NCBI GenBank assembly: GCA_049519835.1
Contig: JBEKQJ010000003.1
Coordinates: forward strand, 1-37,842
Direction of reading: 5' to 3'
DNA from: Caulobacteraceae bacterium
GTDB lineage: Bacteria > Pseudomonadota > Alphaproteobacteria > Caulobacterales > Caulobacteraceae
Length of the DNA: 37,842 bases
In this document: positions 17,699-25,804 of the stretch, piece after piece
Layout: each line of letters begins with the position of its first letter
Numbering within the stretch: the first letter of the stretch is position 1
Notes under the pieces: generated by a model
Told to the model about the DNA's origin: nothing
What the model saw: the letters and a program-made list of their open reading frames with translations, nothing else
Database searches by the model: none
Made by a program: the position numbers and the translations under genes

Positions 17699-18619
17699 AT
17701 GGAGCCGGGTGCAGAATGCGCCAACATAGCCTCGGAGGCGCTGGAGGTCGAGATTTCGGCGCTGGGCGCCGAGCTCGCGGCGATCAGGGACCGTCGGGGA
17801 AGAGACCTGTTGTGGAACGGCGATCCGGCTGTCTGGAGCGGGCGCGCGCCAATCCTGTTCCCGGTCATCGGCATGCTGCGGGACGGGCGGTACAGGTTCG
17901 ATGGCGGAGCCTTCGAAATGCCGAAGCACGGGTTCGCCCGGCATTCGATGTTTGAGATCCTTCCGGGGGCGGCTGACGCCGTCACCATGAGGTTGGACGC
18001 CTCGGCGGCGACCCGGGCGATCTATCCGTTCGAATTTCGCCTCGAGCTTACCTTCGCCGTTCAGGTGTCGGCGCTGCACGTGACGGCGGCGATCGCCAAT
18101 CGCGGCGACGGGCCGATGCCGGCCAGCTTCGGGTTTCACCCCGCGCTCCGATGGCCGCTACCGTTCGACCACCCGCGCGCAGAACACCTCATCCGGTTCG
18201 CTCACCCCGAGCCCGCGCCTGTGCGGCGCATCGACGGCGCGGGGCTGCTGACACCGACCCCACATCCTACGCCGATCGTGGGGGATCGCCTGTGGTTGCG
18301 CGATGAACTGTTCGCCGACGACGCTTTGATTTTCGACCAGCTGAAAAGTCGGTCGGTTCGTTATGGCGCGGAGGGCGGGCCGTGCATCGAGGTGAGTTTC
18401 GAGGATTTCTCGACCCTTGGCGTCTGGACCAGGCCGGGCGCGCCTTTCATCTGCATCGAACCGTGGCAGGGTCTATCCGACCCCGAAGGGTTCAATGGCG
18501 ATATTCGCGACAAGCCCGGGATCATGAACATCCCCGTCGGCGAGACCCGCACCCTTTCGATGGGTCTGGCCCTGCTGCCAGAGGACTGGGCCTACGCAGA
18601 ACGCGACAGCGCCGCATGA
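17699..18619 (+). CDS. aldose 1-epimerase family protein (LacX-like)
   Basis: LLWNGDPAVWSGRAPILFPVIG, MPKHGFAR, YPFEF.L, SFGFHPA and PFICIEPWQG. Start set at ATG 17699 after GGAG. Confidence 0.9.
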   Translation: MEPGAECANIASEALEVEISALGAELAAIRDRRGRDLLWNGDPAVWSGRAPILFPVIGMLRDGRYRFDGGAFEMPKHGFARHSMFEILPGAADAVTMRLDASAATRAIYPFEFRLELTFAVQVSALHVTAAIANRGDGPMPASFGFHPALRWPLPFDHPRAEHLIRFAHPEPAPVRRIDGAGLLTPTPHPTPIVGDRLWLRDELFADDALIFDQLKSRSVRYGAEGGPCIEVSFEDFSTLGVWTRPGAPFICIEPWQGLSDPEGFNGDIRDKPGIMNIPVGETRTLSMGLALLPEDWAYAERDSAA

Positions 18620-19386
18620 GGCTGGACAACCAGACGGCGGTGGTGACCGGCGGCGAGTCCGGGATCGGCGCTGCCTGTGTCGCGGCGTTGACCGCGGCCG
18701 GCGCCCGCGTGGCCCTGACCTATTTCAAGGACCAACAAGCGGCCGAGGCGGTTTGCGCGGCGGCGGGCGGATCGGCTCATGTCATCGCCGCCCAGACCGA
18801 CGTGACCGACGAGGCCGCAGTCGAAGCGTTGTTCGAAAAGGCCGAGCAGGCCTTTGGAACGGTCAGTCTGCTGGTCAATTCCGCTGGTCTGAACATGAGC
18901 GGGGTGAAGCTGGTGGATATGGCGCTGAGCCAGTTCGATCGGGTTATCCGCTCGGATCTCTACGGCCCGTTCCTGACCTGCCGGCGGCTGGTCCGCGGCT
19001 TGGAGGCGAAGGGGGCGAAGGGGCGGATCGTCAACATCTCGTCGATCCACGAGAAAGCGCCGCGGCCCGGCGGCGTCGACTACGACTCGGCCAAAGGCGG
19101 TCTCTCTCAGTTGACAGCGACCCTGGCCCTCGAACTCGCGCCCAAAGGCATCGCCGTGAACGGCGTCGCGCCAGGCATGATCCTGACCCCGATGAACGCG
19201 CGAGCCGAGAGCGACCCGACCTACCTGTCGCAGCTGGAAGCCAACATTCCCTGGGGCCGGGCCGGGCGCCCGGAGGAAGTCGCCGCCCTGGTCTGCTTCC
19301 TGCTCTCGCCGGCGGCCGACTACATCACCGGCGCCACCGTGGTCATCGACGGCGCCCTGTCGCTGACCATTGCTCAGGGCGCTTGA
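18616..19386 (+). CDS. SDR family oxidoreductase (glucose 1-dehydrogenase-like)
   Basis: ATGA overlap with the epimerase stop; TGGESGIG, LVNSAG, NISSIHE, YDSAK (YxxxK), VAPGMILTPMN and ADYITGAT. Confidence 0.93.
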   Translation: MRLDNQTAVVTGGESGIGAACVAALTAAGARVALTYFKDQQAAEAVCAAAGGSAHVIAAQTDVTDEAAVEALFEKAEQAFGTVSLLVNSAGLNMSGVKLVDMALSQFDRVIRSDLYGPFLTCRRLVRGLEAKGAKGRIVNISSIHEKAPRPGGVDYDSAKGGLSQLTATLALELAPKGIAVNGVAPGMILTPMNARAESDPTYLSQLEANIPWGRAGRPEEVAALVCFLLSPAADYITGATVVIDGALSLTIAQGA

Positions 19387-19389
19387 GGC

Positions 19390-20298
19390 ATGAAGACGGT
19401 CACCTATGCGGTCGAGCAACTCGATGCGGTCACGATTGCGCCCGGCTCGCCCCTCGATGGCCTTGCGCTGATGAGTCCATTCGTCTGGAAGGACGGCGAC
19501 ACCTATCGAATGATGGTGCGCGGCGTGAGTGATCCCTTGGGACCTCACGATCCGACCGGCGTCATCGGCTCGGCCTACAGTCATGACGGCCTGGCCTTTG
19601 AGAGCGATCCGAAACTGTCGATTACGCCTGACGCCGGGGCGTCGGCGGAAGACGCCGGCGGCTGCGAGGACCCGACCGTGGTCGTGACCAGGGAAGGCCA
19701 CTATCTGATCTATTACACCGGCGTCGACGCTGGCCGCACGCAAGGCCGGATGCTCGTCGCCAGCGGCCCTAGCCTGACCAAGCTGACCAAACAGCGGGTG
19801 GTGCTGAAGGCCCCACCTGGCGAAGGCAACATCAAGGAAGCCACGGTGGCGCAAGCCGCGAGCGGCGACTGGCGTCTCTTCTATGAATACGCCGCCTATG
19901 ACGCTTCGCGGATCGGCATGGCCTCCGGACCGACGGCGGATGGCCCGTGGACGGTCCAGGCCGACCCGTTCACCGTTCGTAGCGAAAGCTGGGACGACTG
20001 GCACCTGTCGACGGGCCCGATCGTCAAACTGAACGGCGTCGATCCGGTGATGTTCTACAATGGCGCCACCCTGGATGCGCGCTGGCGGATCGGCTGGATC
20101 AGCTTCGATCCCGACTTCAAGCGCGTCACCGGCAGGGGCCTGGAGCCGGTCGTGCTGCCGCCGCCCGCCAGGAGCCGCGCCGCCACCGACATCGCCTTTG
20201 CCGCCTCGGCGGTCGCCGAAGGTGGCCAGATCGCCCTCTATTATTCGCTCGAAGACAGCGTTCTGCGCCGGGCGCTGGTCAGGTGCTACAGCCGCTAG
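19390..20298 (+). CDS. five-bladed beta-propeller glycosidase/phosphorylase (GH130/GH32-like)
   Basis: SPFVW, IGSAYSHDGLAF, GCEDPTVV, YLIYYTG, MFYNGA and WRIGW propeller motifs; 3 nt after the SDR stop. Confidence 0.75.
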   Translation: MKTVTYAVEQLDAVTIAPGSPLDGLALMSPFVWKDGDTYRMMVRGVSDPLGPHDPTGVIGSAYSHDGLAFESDPKLSITPDAGASAEDAGGCEDPTVVVTREGHYLIYYTGVDAGRTQGRMLVASGPSLTKLTKQRVVLKAPPGEGNIKEATVAQAASGDWRLFYEYAAYDASRIGMASGPTADGPWTVQADPFTVRSESWDDWHLSTGPIVKLNGVDPVMFYNGATLDARWRIGWISFDPDFKRVTGRGLEPVVLPPPARSRAATDIAFAASAVAEGGQIALYYSLEDSVLRRALVRCYSR

Positions 20299-20532
20299 AA
20301 GGCGCCACACAAGCGCCGGGCGCACCTGTTACGTTTGTGGGCGCCAGATGAAGGCCGCAAATGCCGTTCGGGGGATCCCGAACAGGCTCAGGCCCTCGGC
20401 CCAAGCTTCGGCGGCCAGCCGCGCCGGTCCACAGACGCCGGCGGGGGGCGCCCGCCCGAGGTCACAGCGTCACCTTGATTTCCCTCGGGGCGCCGTGTGT
20501 CTGTTGCGTGATAGGTCCCTTCGGAGCGCGGG

Positions 20533-22041
20533 ATGACGGGCGAGCAGGCGGAAAGCGTGGTGGTGTTGGGGGCCGGCATCGCGGGCCTCAGCGCCGCCCT
20601 GGCGCTCGCCCCAACCGGCCGGCAAATCACCCTCCTGGAACGGGACGCGCCGCCGCCGGCCGGTGACGCCGAGGCGGTGTTCGACGGCTGGCAGAGACGC
20701 GGGGCCAGCCAGCTGCGCCACAGCCACGCCTTCCTGGCCAGGCTGCGCAAGCTGATCGCCACCGAGCATCCGGCCCTGCTCGAGGCCTTGCTGGCGGCCG
20801 GAGCGCGCGAACTGCGCTTCGCCGACGGCCTGCCGGAACCGCTCAGGGCCGGCTACAGGCCCGAGCCTGAGGACGCCGAGATGGCGATCATCGTCAGCCG
20901 GCGGACGACGATGGAGATGGTCATCCGCCGCTATGTCGAGGCCGCGACCAACGTCACGATCCGATCCGGCCTCTTCGCCACCGGGCTGGTGAGCGAGCGC
21001 GACGCCGCCGGCGGCCTGACGGCGCGGGGTTTTCGCCTGGACAGCGGCGAGACGGCGCTGGCCGATCTGGTCATCGACGCCGGCGGCCGCCGTTCGCCGG
21101 CCGAGGAGTGGCTGGCCGAGGCCGGGGCGGTGGTCGACGAGACCGGCGAGGACTGCAAGATCCTCTACTACACCCGCTTCTACGCCTTCGAACCTGGCCA
21201 GAGCGATCCGCCGCGCGGACGCCACGGCGGCAACGGCGACCTTGGCTATCTGAAGTTCGGGATCTTCCCGGCCGACAACGGCACCTTCTCAGTCACTGTC
21301 GCGGTGCCGGAGGTTGAGGAGGCCCTGCGCGTGGCGGTGGTGGACCCGAAGGTGTTCGATGCGATCTGCGCCCGGTTGCCAGGCGCCGCCGCCTGGACCG
21401 ATCCGGCCCGCGCCCGGCCGGTGAGCAAGGTCTACGGCATGGGTGACCTCAAGAGCCGCTGGCGCGAGATGGCCCCAGACGGGCGGCCAGCCATCCTCAA
21501 CTACTTCAGCGTCGGCGACAGCCTGGTGCGCACCAACCCTCTTTACGGCCGTGGCTGCTCGTTCGCGGCCATCGAGGCGCACCTGCTGCGGGATGTTCTT
21601 GGCGCGACGGCCGACCCAGCGGAACGAGCGCGCGCCTATAGCGAGCGCGTGAGCACCACCCTGCGACCGTTCTACGAAGACATGCTCACCCAGGATCGCG
21701 CCGCCGCCCGCCGCGCCGAGCATGGCATGGATCCCGACTACCAGCCTTCCCTGCGCGCCCGGTTGATGCGGCGGTTTGTCGAGGATGGAGTGGCGATCGC
21801 AGTCCGCCAGCACCCGGAGCTGTTCCGCGCCGCCATGCGCGCCTTCCACATGCTGGAGCCGCCGAGGTCCTGGCTCGGCAAGCCCGCGGCGATGGTCAAG
21901 ATCTTCCTGGCGCTGGCGCGGGGCCGCAAGGCCAATGCCCGCCTTTACGCGCCCAAGCCCGGCCCGCCGCGGAACGAGATGTTCGCCGCCCTCGGCCTGC
22001 CGGCCGGCGCGGACCTGGCGCGCCTGAGGTCGGCCGGGTGA
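20533..22041 (+). CDS. FAD-dependent oxidoreductase/monooxygenase
   Basis: VVVLGAGIAGLSAALAL...LLERD Rossmann motif, RRGASQLRHSH, ADLVIDAGGRRS and VGDS...TNPLYGRG. Confidence 0.9.
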   Translation: MTGEQAESVVVLGAGIAGLSAALALAPTGRQITLLERDAPPPAGDAEAVFDGWQRRGASQLRHSHAFLARLRKLIATEHPALLEALLAAGARELRFADGLPEPLRAGYRPEPEDAEMAIIVSRRTTMEMVIRRYVEAATNVTIRSGLFATGLVSERDAAGGLTARGFRLDSGETALADLVIDAGGRRSPAEEWLAEAGAVVDETGEDCKILYYTRFYAFEPGQSDPPRGRHGGNGDLGYLKFGIFPADNGTFSVTVAVPEVEEALRVAVVDPKVFDAICARLPGAAAWTDPARARPVSKVYGMGDLKSRWREMAPDGRPAILNYFSVGDSLVRTNPLYGRGCSFAAIEAHLLRDVLGATADPAERARAYSERVSTTLRPFYEDMLTQDRAAARRAEHGMDPDYQPSLRARLMRRFVEDGVAIAVRQHPELFRAAMRAFHMLEPPRSWLGKPAAMVKIFLALARGRKANARLYAPKPGPPRNEMFAALGLPAGADLARLRSAG

Positions 22042-22267
22042 GCGGGGCGGGCACAGCCGGCGGCAAGCCGGTTCTGGTTGTCCAGGGTCTCGACGACGGC
22101 ATTGCGCCGCCAGAAAGTGGCCGCGACCTCGAGGGGCTGTATCCGGATCGGGTGACTCTGGTCGAGATCGAGGCGACGGGACACGCCCGCTGCCGGAGCA
22201 GCCGGCGGTGATCGCGAAAAACCTGACCGGCTGTCTGGACCGGTTCAGCCGGGATAGGGCGACGTAG
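22038..22267 (+). pseudogene. alpha/beta hydrolase remnant (C-terminal part only, frameshifted)
   Basis: GTGA overlap with the upstream stop, then KPVLVVQGLDDGIAPPESGRDL...PDRVTLVEIEATGHA. After a frameshift near 22188 it reads LPEQPAVIAKNLTGCLDRF...*. These are the acid (GxxD) and His (GH.L.PE.P) regions; the nucleophile half is missing. Confidence 0.7.
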
Positions 22268-22431
22268 GACGCCACCAGCCTCGGAAGAGTCCTGCGCCGC
22301 CCAGTGCGGGCGCTGTCCGGAGGCGCGTCGGCCCCGGACGCCATACACACGCGGCGCCCGGGGTTTACGCGTCACAGGTACGCCACCTATCGGGGCATTA
22401 TCGAGAGGGGCCCAACTCTACTTACTCCGAG

Positions 22432-22480
22432 ACCCCTCTCACCGGCCCCGCCGGTCCTTTCCCCCGGAGGCAGGGAAAGA
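22432..22480. repeat. double-hairpin intergenic element (CIR/REP-like, possible terminator) between convergent genes
   Basis: CCCCTCTC, then hairpin ACCGG-ccccg-CCGGT (22441-22455) and hairpin CTTTCCC-N9-GGGAAAG (22457-22479). The layout resembles half of a Caulobacter intergenic repeat. Only one copy in the window. Confidence 0.45.
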
Positions 22481-22491
22481 AATTACGCAGC

Positions 22492-23568
22492 TCACGCTGC
22501 ATTGGTTTGCGGTCGAAACGAGCGGTTCAGCGCCGGCGGGATGGCTCCCGACAAGGCGCTGCCGGTCTGACCGCCCGGCCGCGTCGGCGTGGGGAACCAC
22601 CGCCGACAGGCGCGGTTGAAACTGGTCATCTCCGAGAAGCCGAGCCGCTCGGCAATCTCGGCGTGGCTGAGGGTTCCGTCGTCCAGCCAGCGCCGGGTGC
22701 GAAACTTCAACTCGGCGTCAACCAGCTCGCGAAACGTGACTCCCAGGCGCGCCAGGCGGCGCGTCAGGGTTCTCTGCGAGAGGCCGAGTTCGCGGGCCGT
22801 GTCGTCGAACCGTGCGCGGGGCGAATCCAGACGTGACAACAGGCGCTCGATGCGCTCCTTGACGCCTTCAGACATCGGACGCCGCCTGGCTTCCACCAGG
22901 CAGTCCAAGGCCACCCAATGCAGGGCCGAGTCGGCCAGGGGCGAGCGCATCGCCAATAGTCGCTGGGGGACGATCACTGCGTTGACGGCCGCGCCCCAGC
23001 GGACGGAGCCGCCGAGAGCCTTCTCGAGCTCGGCCGCGTAAGGCGGTTCGCTCCAGATGAACTCGAAGCTCAGCGCCGACATTTCGGCTCCGAGAATGCC
23101 CTCGAAGATCGTCGACAGCCCAAGCAGCACTGAATAGGCGAAGAACTTGTGTTCGCCCTCCGTGGTCGGCGTGGCTACCGTGTGTCGCACGACGGTAGCG
23201 CCCGACTGCTGCTGGAGGCTGAGGCGCTGCTGGGTCATGCCGGTCGGGATGTGCTGGACGACGACGTCCACGGCGGCGCCGAGATTGGGGGCGGTGATGG
23301 CGGCCACGCCCAGGGGACGGAGGCTGGCCACGGTCCACAATTCCGGCGCGCCAAGGAACCAGCCCTCGCCGTAGATGCGGTTCATGTTGTCGATGAGGCG
23401 CGTCAGTTGGAAGAAAGAGATCTCGGTCTGGGGATCGTCGACCTCCATCGCGTCGACCCCTGTGCCGTCGAGAATCAACTCTCGCTGCGATCTGGTGGCG
23501 CCGAACCTGTGCGCCGCCAGTTGGAAGTAACCGATCTGCGAGGGACGCAGGTAGATGTCGTCGAGCAT
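22492..23568 (-). CDS. AraC-family transcriptional regulator (OruR/VqsM-like)
   Basis: Start ATG 23568 after GGGGAA. N-terminal ILDGTGV...DDPQTEIS...LGVAAITAPNLGAA ligand domain; C-terminal ARELGLSQRTLTRRL...FRELVD...EIAERLGFSE..SFNRACRRW. Confidence 0.9.
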   Translation of the reverse strand: MLDDIYLRPSQIGYFQLAAHRFGATRSQRELILDGTGVDAMEVDDPQTEISFFQLTRLIDNMNRIYGEGWFLGAPELWTVASLRPLGVAAITAPNLGAAVDVVVQHIPTGMTQQRLSLQQQSGATVVRHTVATPTTEGEHKFFAYSVLLGLSTIFEGILGAEMSALSFEFIWSEPPYAAELEKALGGSVRWGAAVNAVIVPQRLLAMRSPLADSALHWVALDCLVEARRRPMSEGVKERIERLLSRLDSPRARFDDTARELGLSQRTLTRRLARLGVTFRELVDAELKFRTRRWLDDGTLSHAEIAERLGFSEMTSFNRACRRWFPTPTRPGGQTGSALSGAIPPALNRSFRPQTNAA

Positions 23569-23591
23569 GACGGTTTCCCCTGGATTGGGCG

Positions 23592-24692
23592 TTAAGTTCT
23601 TGAAAGAGCCCGCGACACGGCGCCGCTGCTCAGGGTCGGTTGTTGACGGGACATCCCGGCTAGGGGTCGGGAGGTGGCAGGGAGCCGCAGCCGGCGGGCG
23701 CGATCGGCCATGTATTCGACGCGGGCCTGGGCGAGCCGGCCGATCGAGCCCACCAGCAGGCCCACGCCAAGGATCGCGCCGCCGATCGCCCGGCCCGCAT
23801 CGCGGACCGGTTCGCTGCCGGCTTCTGGCTCTTGAAGCCAGGTGTTCAGGACGGCGCCGGAGACGATCAGCGCGCCGCCGAGATAGCCGCCGATGGTCAG
23901 GGTTTCGCCGAGGCCCAGGTGGGCGATGAGCGCGCCCCAGACGGGTTCCAGCACGTAGAGGAAGGCGACGGTGACGGGGTTGATGTAGCGTTGGAAGAAG
24001 ATCGAAATCGCGGTCGGCAGGAACGTCGTCGCCAGGCCCGCGTAGACGATCCATGGCCAGACACTGCCGAAGCCGGCCGCAGTCAGCCCGCGCGCATGCC
24101 CGGAGACGCCGGTGGCGACCGCCGAGAGCACGGCCATGGTGACCACTTCGGTTGCGAACATCGGCAATAGGGAGCGCTGGTCGCCTGAGCTGAGCTTGTC
24201 AGCGCAGAAGATGTAGATCGTGTAGATAACGGCCGCGGCGAGACCGATGCCGTCGCCCAGCAGATGGCCGCCACCCTTGGTGACCTGCGAGATGAGCAGC
24301 ATGGCGCCGAGCACGGACAGCAGGCCGGCGCTCCAGGTCACCCAGCCCACCGGCCGGCGGAAGATCAGCCAGGCGATGAGCGCGGCGACGAAGCCGTTGA
24401 TGGCCGGATAGAAGGCGGTATCCGTCGCCGTAGTGTAGGCGAGCGCCCAGGTGCTGGTCAGGACGCCAGCGTAAAGCACCATCCCGAGCACGACGCCGCG
24501 CCGAACGACCTGGAAGTTCAGTCGCCGCCAGGTGGCCGCGAGAATGACCAAGGCTGGAACGGCCGCGACGGCGAGTTCCGCAGTAGAAAAAACGAAGGGA
24601 TCAGCAAATCCTAGAGAGAATTTGCCGGCCGCATAGAACGACCCCCAAAGTATCGGGTTGAGACTAAACAAGAGAACGGAGAGGGTTTTCAT
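23592..24692 (-). CDS. DMT/EamA family transporter
   Basis: About 10 hydrophobic segments in two repeats; ILWGS.Y, GDGIGL.AA..Y, Y.GLATT and LEPVWGALIA...LGETL. ATGA overlap with the upstream gene. Confidence 0.9.
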   Translation of the reverse strand: MKTLSVLLFSLNPILWGSFYAAGKFSLGFADPFVFSTAELAVAAVPALVILAATWRRLNFQVVRRGVVLGMVLYAGVLTSTWALAYTTATDTAFYPAINGFVAALIAWLIFRRPVGWVTWSAGLLSVLGAMLLISQVTKGGGHLLGDGIGLAAAVIYTIYIFCADKLSSGDQRSLLPMFATEVVTMAVLSAVATGVSGHARGLTAAGFGSVWPWIVYAGLATTFLPTAISIFFQRYINPVTVAFLYVLEPVWGALIAHLGLGETLTIGGYLGGALIVSGAVLNTWLQEPEAGSEPVRDAGRAIGGAILGVGLLVGSIGRLAQARVEYMADRARRLRLPATSRPLAGMSRQQPTLSSGAVSRALSRT

Positions 24693-25594
24693 GACAGGGT
24701 CCCTGCGGATGAAACCTTGGAAAGTGAAAGTCTTTCGCCACGATCAAAATACGATGCCCATGCGTTGATCACTGCGTTGGCATAGATAATAGGCATGTTG
24801 TGAATGTATCTTTCCTTCTTGGTCTCGGCGAAGGCCGGGTCTTTATGGAAAGCAACCCAATTTCGTTTGTCTTCGGTCAGATGCACGGGACATCGAGACG
24901 TATTGGTTATGGCTGCGTAGTTCTTGATGGTTTTCTCAGCCATGCGCTGCCACGGGTCGGCGCAACGCGCGAGAATGCTCTTGGCCTCGGCCTTGTCCTC
25001 GATTTCGTGGGGGGCCTTGCCGGCGTGGAGCTCGGACGTGTCCCTGGCGAACATCGCGAAAGCGAAGATGTCCGATGTAATATTCACGCATAGATATGGC
25101 GCCGCCATCAGCGGGTCGTAGAGCGGATCGGACTCGTCGTCGGACTGCGGACAGAAGGCGATCGCGTCGAAGTCGTCATACTCGGTCGGTGTGCCGGTGA
25201 CCGGGCAGGTGAGGGTCAGGCGCTTGTTCAGCGCGCCGCCGTTGAGCAGCGTGGTCGCCGGCACATCGCTGAGGATCGCCATCCGCTCTGAAAGATAGAT
25301 CATGGCGTCTTCGACGCTGGCCGGCCCGCTCTTGTAGAAACGCGGCTCGTTGAAGACGAACAGGCAGCCGACGCTCAGCCGCCTCGACAGACGACAGGCG
25401 AATTCGGAGAACAGATCTAGAATGTCGTCGTCGTCATCGACAACGCGAATGAGATAGCGGCCTTTCTGAAACTCACGACGCCCAGCAATGCAACGCAAAC
25501 CAGAGCCTAGCCACTGAGTCATTTCCTCCAGCACCGTCGCGTCCGGAAGCTTGGGCGCAAGGGCTGTGGAAGCGCTCGTGGAACAAAACTGCAT
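24689..25594 (-). CDS. hypothetical protein, possibly a divergent YqcI/YcgG-family (DcsA/GntA-like) heme enzyme
   Basis: ATG 25594 with AGGGGA RBS; 301 aa, soluble, translationally coupled to EamA. The CDS itself is solid. The family call rests on by-eye similarity of LRCIAGRREFQKGRYLIRVV..D and FDAIAFCP...PYLCVN to FPCVGAK..L..G.L.I.V..D and FFVVGLHP...PALVFN. Confidence 0.6.
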   Translation of the reverse strand: MQFCSTSASTALAPKLPDATVLEEMTQWLGSGLRCIAGRREFQKGRYLIRVVDDDDDILDLFSEFACRLSRRLSVGCLFVFNEPRFYKSGPASVEDAMIYLSERMAILSDVPATTLLNGGALNKRLTLTCPVTGTPTEYDDFDAIAFCPQSDDESDPLYDPLMAAPYLCVNITSDIFAFAMFARDTSELHAGKAPHEIEDKAEAKSILARCADPWQRMAEKTIKNYAAITNTSRCPVHLTEDKRNWVAFHKDPAFAETKKERYIHNMPIIYANAVINAWASYFDRGERLSLSKVSSAGTLS

Positions 25595-25622
25595 GACGAG
25601 ATTCCCCTGTGGATTCGCGACG

Positions 25623-25640
25623 ATGCGTGACGCACGCATA
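25623..25640. promoter_or_regulatory. palindromic operator box 1 (candidate MarR site)
   Basis: ATGCGTG-acg-CACGCAT, a perfect 7-3-7 inverted repeat about 30 nt upstream of ATG 25594. Confidence 0.65.
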
Positions 25641-25764
25641 TTAACTATTCAAATTGCAAGCAAATTACAAACGCGAAGGGGAGCTACATACTGACACAAC
25701 TGCACTCTAATGAGCTCGCATTTCGTACGTTCCCATTGGCCATGGCCCCCAATTGTAAATCAAG

Positions 25765-25783
25765 TACGCATGCGTCACGCATA
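25765..25783. promoter_or_regulatory. palindromic operator box 2 (inverted near-copy of box 1)
   Basis: Contains ATGCGT-c-ACGCAT (25770-25782). Its reverse complement ATGCGTGACGCATGCGTA matches box 1 ATGCGTGACGCACGCATA at 16 of 18 positions. Confidence 0.65.
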
Positions 25784-25804
25784 CGTGTCAAGAAAGATAC
25801 GGGC

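Noticed and set aside
20299-20395. Hairpins GGCGCC...GGCGCC and GTTCGGG-ggat-CCCGAAC after the glycosidase
   Set aside because: They are short GC-rich stems without a U-tract, so there is too little evidence to call a terminator or ncRNA.
23569-24054. 520-aa ORF suggesting an extended AraC
   Set aside because: The upstream part is an alternative frame of the EamA gene (Arg/Pro-rich). The real start with an RBS is at 23568.
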